Below are positions 59,524 to 64,000 of a stretch of DNA of 64,000 nucleotides, one piece after another. The DNA is taken from positions 142,412 to 206,411 of the forward strand of contig JAKFYJ010000004.1 of NCBI GenBank assembly GCA_021730935.1, written 5' to 3'. Below the pieces are notes generated by a model. The model was given only the letters and a program-made list of their open reading frames with translations, made no database searches and was not told where the DNA came from. Both the position numbers and the translations under genes were made by a program. Each line of letters opens with the position of its first letter. The stretch's first letter is position 1. This DNA is from Elusimicrobiota bacterium (GTDB lineage: Bacteria > Elusimicrobiota > Elusimicrobia > 2-02-FULL-39-32).

Positions 59524-60561
59524 ATGACAGAATATAATTATTTCCCAATTTTAAAAACAACAGATGCGGAGCTGCGGGCATATGCGGAACTCCCTGAAGG
59601 CGTCCAAGATAATGTCTTGCCCATTTTTGAGCTGACACAATCTCGAAGATCGAAAAATAATAAAGATGGCGATGTTTGGAAAAGAATCAATAATATACAG
59701 GCGAATATGGTCAACAGGCCATTTATTCTGGATTTAACCACTGAAGATTCACTTCAAAATAAGCACATTAAGGAAATGCTTGAAGATTCGTCAAAAGGGT
59801 ATAAGTTGTGGGTCGATCTTGTCAATAAAATACACGATAAGGGTATAAATATTATACCGATAATTCACTACAATCCTGAAGAAGTGGAAGATGTTAAAAT
59901 TCAAATAAATAATCTCAAAAAAAATTCAGACTATCTAGCTTTTCGAGTTGATCCGACTGACAATGTCATAACATACTTAGACCAGATAGAAAATGTATTT
60001 GATCTTTCAAAACTGATCCTTATTTTGGATGCAGGATATATTGCGAGTGACAATGAGAATCCATTTCTACCCGTACTAAAACTGTTGTCCAAAAAAGATT
60101 TAAAGGCTACTGTTTGTGTAGCTTCAAGCTTTCCAAAAAATCCGGCAAAATATGGTGATGTGCAAGGTAGTTTTTCCATTCCAGAGATTGGCATGATTGA
60201 GTCATTACGGAAAGATTATAAAATATTTCATGGTGATTTTGGATCAATTCATCCCGTGAGAGATCCAGCGAAGTGGGGTGGATGGGTTCCTCGAGTCGAT
60301 TTCCTTTCAAAGAGCACATTCTTCTATTATAGATATAGACGTGAGGAAGGGGGATATGTCAAAGCTGCTCGAAATGTGGTAGATGATGAACACTATGAGG
60401 CGATACCTAAATTTAGCGTTTGGGGAGACCAGGAAATCGAGGCTGCATCAAGTGGCCATCCGAATGGACTTAGCCCTTCACATTGGATATCAGTCAGAGT
60501 AAATTTATATATAACTCATCAATTTTTACGTCTTAAAAAGTACCCCAAAATGTCTTTGTAA
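59524..60561 (+). CDS. Hypothetical 345-aa protein, possibly 'beta-protein'/sce7725-like (recollection only)
   Basis: Start immediately after the peptidase stop (TAAATG). Low GC and no catalytic motif recognised by eye. The family assignment is from memory and untested. Confidence 0.45.
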   Translation: MTEYNYFPILKTTDAELRAYAELPEGVQDNVLPIFELTQSRRSKNNKDGDVWKRINNIQANMVNRPFILDLTTEDSLQNKHIKEMLEDSSKGYKLWVDLVNKIHDKGINIIPIIHYNPEEVEDVKIQINNLKKNSDYLAFRVDPTDNVITYLDQIENVFDLSKLILILDAGYIASDNENPFLPVLKLLSKKDLKATVCVASSFPKNPAKYGDVQGSFSIPEIGMIESLRKDYKIFHGDFGSIHPVRDPAKWGGWVPRVDFLSKSTFFYYRYRREEGGYVKAARNVVDDEHYEAIPKFSVWGDQEIEAASSGHPNGLSPSHWISVRVNLYITHQFLRLKKYPKMSL

Positions 60562-61183
60562 GATAATCCAAATCATCTTCTTGAACACGTTTTGATTTTT
60601 CTTTTAAGAAAATTTTGAACCTGTCTTTATATCTTCTAATTAGAGCATTTATGGCAAGTTTTCGAATGATAGCTAGGTTTTGACTTTTTTTCATTCTCCT
60701 TCGCAGCAGTGCGACAGTATCCGTTTTTTTTGTCTGGTATTTTGTAAGATCTTTTTTCCAAAGAAAAAAAAGTAAATTTTCTTTTGATAATCGTTGCTTC
60801 AAATAGGCTTGTTTTATAAAATCAAAATCCAATTTTTTATTATTTATGAAAGCATATCCGATAGATTTTGGTAATGCACGAATTAAATTATTTTTTTTGA
60901 ATTTAGTTGAAAATATAACATAGACTTGATCAAATGTTTTTGTATAGTCCTGTAGCTGTCTGGACATCCTTTTTAATGAATCGAGATCACTTTTAATTTC
61001 GAAAGCAATCATCTCCCCGTTGTTAGTAATTATTAAAACATCAGCCCAGCGTTTTCCAGAGAGAAATGGTATTTCAATGCCCACTATACGAGTTTGATAC
61101 TTCTTCATGATATAATCGAGTAACAGGCATTTTATTTTTTTTTCATTTAGCATAATTAATATTTCTAATGCCGAGTATAACAA
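60533..61183 (-). CDS. Hypothetical PD-(D/E)xK-like protein, possibly sce7726-like (recollection only)
   Basis: D...E-x-K arrangement (WADVLIITNNGEMIAFEIKSD). Basic C-terminus. Convergent with the preceding gene, with a 29-nt overlap. Low GC. Confidence 0.45.
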   Translation of the reverse strand: MLYSALEILIMLNEKKIKCLLLDYIMKKYQTRIVGIEIPFLSGKRWADVLIITNNGEMIAFEIKSDLDSLKRMSRQLQDYTKTFDQVYVIFSTKFKKNNLIRALPKSIGYAFINNKKLDFDFIKQAYLKQRLSKENLLFFLWKKDLTKYQTKKTDTVALLRRRMKKSQNLAIIRKLAINALIRRYKDRFKIFLKEKSKRVQEDDLDYLTKTFWGTF

Positions 61184-61398
61184 TATTAAACGACTTTTGA
61201 CAGATCCACGCTCAAGTCTGCTGGGATACGGGACGTACTTAACTAATTAACTAAATAAACTCTCAGAATCAGTAGAAAACTTTCCTACACACATTGACAT
61301 AATTCGCTCATGGATTTCGTTGGGCGGATTGCTATCCTAGGGTATGAGAAACCGCAATCTTGCGGGGCTCGAATCTAAATGATAGGATGGAATAAATT

Positions 61399-61704
61399 AT
61401 GAAAAAGCAAAAATCAGAATCATTCGTCACCAATTCAGTGTTTGTGAACGAAACCACCTCGATCCGAGCTGACATGCGCTCAATGGAGCAAAGATTGGCT
61501 CTGGCGATTATCAAGACCCAGTCGGACGTTGTCAAGGAATCCATGATCATAAAAATGACTTTGAAAGAAGAAATCGGAAATGTCCTGAACGCCATCGACA
61601 GCTTTACGCACAGGATTGAAACCTATGACCGCAAAACTCTTGTGCACGATGCCCGTCTGAACGATCACGAAGCGCGCATCACCCGCCTGGAACGGCCTGC
61701 CTGA
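61399..61704 (+). CDS. Small hypothetical coiled-coil protein
   Basis: 101 aa with helical heptad-like content. No family recognised. Confidence 0.35.
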   Translation: MKKQKSESFVTNSVFVNETTSIRADMRSMEQRLALAIIKTQSDVVKESMIIKMTLKEEIGNVLNAIDSFTHRIETYDRKTLVHDARLNDHEARITRLERPA

Positions 61705-61709
61705 ACGCT

Positions 61710-62126
61710 ATGCCCACAGAAACTTTCAAAGCTTCGCGCTGGACCAAAGGCAATTTGTTTTTTCCAACCCTGATCGAGGTGTCGGACTCGTCCGTCGTCC
61801 GCAAAAAGCCGGGGCTGATTTCACGCAATGAGATGAGCATCCACATCAAAAACATCGCCTCCGTCCGCATCCAGACAGGGCTCCTCTGGTCCGACATCCT
61901 GATCGAGTCCAGCGGCGGGACAGACGCCATCTCCAGCCACGGGCACAAAAAAGCAGACGCCATCCGCATCAAGGAAATCATTGAATCGTCCCAGACCCGC
62001 CACCTGGGGGCCGTTCCCAAACCCGCTCCCGTTGAGCCCACAAAGACTTGCCCCTATTGCGCCGAAACCATCAAGACCGCCGCCAAAGTCTGCCGCTTCT
62101 GCAACCACGAACTTCCGACGGAGTAA
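61710..62126 (+). CDS. Bacterial PH-domain (YdbS/YdbT-like) protein with C-terminal zinc ribbon
   Basis: N-terminus resembles bPH_2 (KGNLFFPTLIEVSDSSVVRKKPGLISRNEMSIHIKNIASVRIQTGLLWSDILIESSGG). The C-terminus has CPYC...CRFC. Confidence 0.45.
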   Translation: MPTETFKASRWTKGNLFFPTLIEVSDSSVVRKKPGLISRNEMSIHIKNIASVRIQTGLLWSDILIESSGGTDAISSHGHKKADAIRIKEIIESSQTRHLGAVPKPAPVEPTKTCPYCAETIKTAAKVCRFCNHELPTE

Positions 62127-62129
62127 AAT

Positions 62130-62378
62130 ATGAAAAAAACAAACTGTCATTTTTACATGCTGGTCATGCTTCTTTGTTTCTGTTGCGGCACTTCTTATGC
62201 TCATGCAGATGTCGGCATTTCCAAATCCACTCAAACTGTTATTGCATCTCCGTTCGAAAAGGAAAAAGATAGTCCGCGCATCACATGGGTTTCCAGGACG
62301 ATTAGGGTCGTTCGAGGTCTGTTTGGCGTGTTCGATTTGCCGAGTCCAAGAAAGAAGTCCGTTCCCTCCCAGGAATAA
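62130..62378 (+). CDS. Small secreted hypothetical protein
   Basis: 82 aa with a signal-peptide-like N-terminus. Weak support. Confidence 0.3.
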   Translation: MKKTNCHFYMLVMLLCFCCGTSYAHADVGISKSTQTVIASPFEKEKDSPRITWVSRTIRVVRGLFGVFDLPSPRKKSVPSQE

Positions 62379-62409
62379 AATCCCAGGAAAAGATATAATC
62401 TTTTCGGAT

Positions 62410-63462
62410 ATGCTCACCGTTTATGCGACGGCGTTTGTTCTGGCTTTGGCGGGAGGTTTCGCCTTTGTCCCTTTTTCGATATGGCTTGCCGGGAAAGCGA
62501 ATGTCCTCGACATGCCGGACGAACGCAAAGTCCACGGCGTTCCCGTTCCGCGCTGGGGCGGGCTCGGCCTGGCCCTTTCCTTTTTTTTTGCCGTCGGCAC
62601 AGTCTATTTTTTTTCGGACAGTTTCGCCAAACTTTTGTCATTCAAACAGGAAATTTTTAACGGCCCTGAATTCGTGGGGATCCTCTCTTTGAAAAAACAG
62701 CTCCTCGGCATCACTTTCGGTTCCGCGTTCGTTTTGGGCCTGGGCATGTGGGACGACAAGTTCGGGATCAATGCGCCCGTGAAATTTTTGCTCCAGATGA
62801 TCGCGGCATACATCGCGATGGATTATGGCGTGCGCCTCTCCGGCATCGCCATGCCCTGGAAAAACGGCTATGTGGTTTTCCCTCTCATCGTGAGCCAGGT
62901 CGTGACCATTCTTTGGCTCACGGGGTTCATGAACACGGTCAACCTCGTGGACGGCCTGGACGGCTTGGCGGCAGGCATCTGCGCGATTGCGGCAGGCACT
63001 TTCCTTGTGATCGCCATATTGCAGGGCCAAAGCCATGTGATTTTATTTTCCAAACAGCTCAAGCTCGCCGGCGTACTTTCTGCGGCCCTCTGCGGGGCGG
63101 CGGGCAGTTTCCTCTGGTTCAATTTTCATCCGGCGAAAGTTTTCATGGGGGACGGCGGAGCGCTTTTCCTGGGATATATGCTGGCCTCCATCACCGTCGT
63201 GGGAACCCTCAAGACCACGGCTTTTTTTTCCCTCATCATCCCCATTGTCGTTGTGGCGCTCCCCGTCCTCGACGTCGCTTCGGCAATTCTCCGGCGCCTG
63301 CGGAGCGGCCAGCAGGTTTTTCAGCCGGACAAAAACCATTTTCACCACCAGCTCCTGCGCCACGGCTGGACGCATCGCGAAACCGTCCTCGGAATTTATG
63401 TCGTGACTCTCGTCCTCTCCATCTTCTCCATCCTATTGACCGTCTTTAAAGGAAAAGTTTAA
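62410..63462 (+). CDS. Glycosyltransferase family 4 UDP-HexNAc:polyprenol-phosphate HexNAc-1-phosphate transferase (WecA/MraY-like)
   Basis: Polytopic protein with the motifs DDKFGI and [18 protein letters not shown] start at 62410 precedes the first TM helix. Confidence 0.85.
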   Translation: MLTVYATAFVLALAGGFAFVPFSIWLAGKANVLDMPDERKVHGVPVPRWGGLGLALSFFFAVGTVYFFSDSFAKLLSFKQEIFNGPEFVGILSLKKQLLGITFGSAFVLGLGMWDDKFGINAPVKFLLQMIAAYIAMDYGVRLSGIAMPWKNGYVVFPLIVSQVVTILWLTGFMNTVNLVDGLDGLAAGICAIAAGTFLVIAILQGQSHVILFSKQLKLAGVLSAALCGAAGSFLWFNFHPAKVFMGDGGALFLGYMLASITVVGTLKTTAFFSLIIPIVVVALPVLDVASAILRRLRSGQQVFQPDKNHFHHQLLRHGWTHRETVLGIYVVTLVLSIFSILLTVFKGKV

Positions 63463-64000
63463 TGAAAAAAATATTGTTTGTTTTCGGAACCCGCCCTGAA
63501 GCCATAAAAATGGCGCCTCTCGTCCACGAACTGCAGAACCGCAAGAAGCAGTTCTCCGTCAAAATTTGTGTCACCGCCCAGCACCGTTCCATGCTGGACG
63601 ATGTGCTCAAAATTTTCCGGATTGTCCCGGATTATGATCTTAACATCATGAAAGACGCCCAATCTCTGGAACACATCACGGAGCTGGTCATGCGCAAAGT
63701 AACTCCTGTCCTCAAAAGCTTTAAACCGGACATGGTGCTGGTTCACGGGGACACTTCCACCACTTTTGTCACGGCGCTCGCCGCGTTTTATCAGCGCATT
63801 CCTGTGGGCCACGTGGAAGCGGGCCTCCGCTCCTATGATTACAACAACCCGTTTCCCGAAGAAGCCAACCGCAGGCTCACCGACGATTTGTCGTCGCTCC
63901 ATTTCGCGGCGACGATGATCGGGAAAGAAAATTTAATCGCGGAAAACATTTCGGAAAAAAATATCTATATCACCGGCAACACCGTGATCGACGCGCTCAA
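63462..64000 (+). CDS. UDP-N-acetylglucosamine 2-epimerase (non-hydrolysing), 5' part; continues beyond the window
   Basis: [21 protein letters not shown]...HVEAGLRS is the classic WecB/MnaA N-terminus. ATG overlaps the wecA-like stop by 1 nt. Confidence 0.8.
   Translation, partial: MKKILFVFGTRPEAIKMAPLVHELQNRKKQFSVKICVTAQHRSMLDDVLKIFRIVPDYDLNIMKDAQSLEHITELVMRKVTPVLKSFKPDMVLVHGDTSTTFVTALAAFYQRIPVGHVEAGLRSYDYNNPFPEEANRRLTDDLSSLHFAATMIGKENLIAENISEKNIYITGNTVIDAL

Noticed and set aside
58346-61400. Possibility that the low-GC island is a prophage or integrative element
   Set aside because: No integrase, transposase, tRNA attachment site or flanking direct repeat is visible in or next to the island (the only tRNA in the window is 29 kb away). 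It is therefore reported as a small defence-type cassette rather than a mobile element.

Overview
This is a 64-kb chromosomal window from a moderately GC-rich (~55-60%) diderm bacterium, probably an uncultivated lineage; lineage clues are the tol-pal cluster, a Bat/MoxR aerotolerance-like operon and futalosine-pathway menaquinone genes. Most of the window is densely packed housekeeping genes, listed here in window order: tolR/tolQ/tolB/cpoB-like/pal, uvrA, hisS, a cysteine desulfurase, TerC, a UPF0182 membrane protein, mnmA, tyrS, a cell-wall amidase, a PAS histidine kinase with response regulator, mqnA/mqnC-E-like genes, mtgA, pilT, tRNA-Lys, nth, an SDR, a six-gene MoxR-DUF58-BatA/B/D operon, pgi, a VapBC pair, iscU-iscA, GAF-HD-GYP, rsmI, argC, argJ, glyA, upp and wecA-wecB. 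Two low-GC (~38-42%) islands interrupt this backbone. The first (16071-18019) is a translationally coupled DNA methyltransferase plus a PD-x14-ExK protein, read as a type II R-M candidate. The second (58402-61183, directly after upp) is a tightly coupled three-gene operon (2-TM coiled-coil protein, ImmA/IrrE-type Zn-peptidase, 345-aa unknown) convergent with a PD-(D/E)xK-like gene. This second island is the best candidate for an undescribed defence or abortive-infection-type system. Other notable items are a 275-bp element with perfect 32-bp terminal inverted repeats whose right repeat contains the start codon of a dual zinc-ribbon membrane protein; a cNMP-binding patatin phospholipase divergent from a Crp/Fnr regulator; a cluster of c-di-GMP and two-component genes around pilT; and a small GN-repeat zinc-ribbon protein. 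No CRISPR array, rRNA or obvious prophage was seen. All calls come from reading the ORF translations and nucleotide sequence by eye; no database search was possible.
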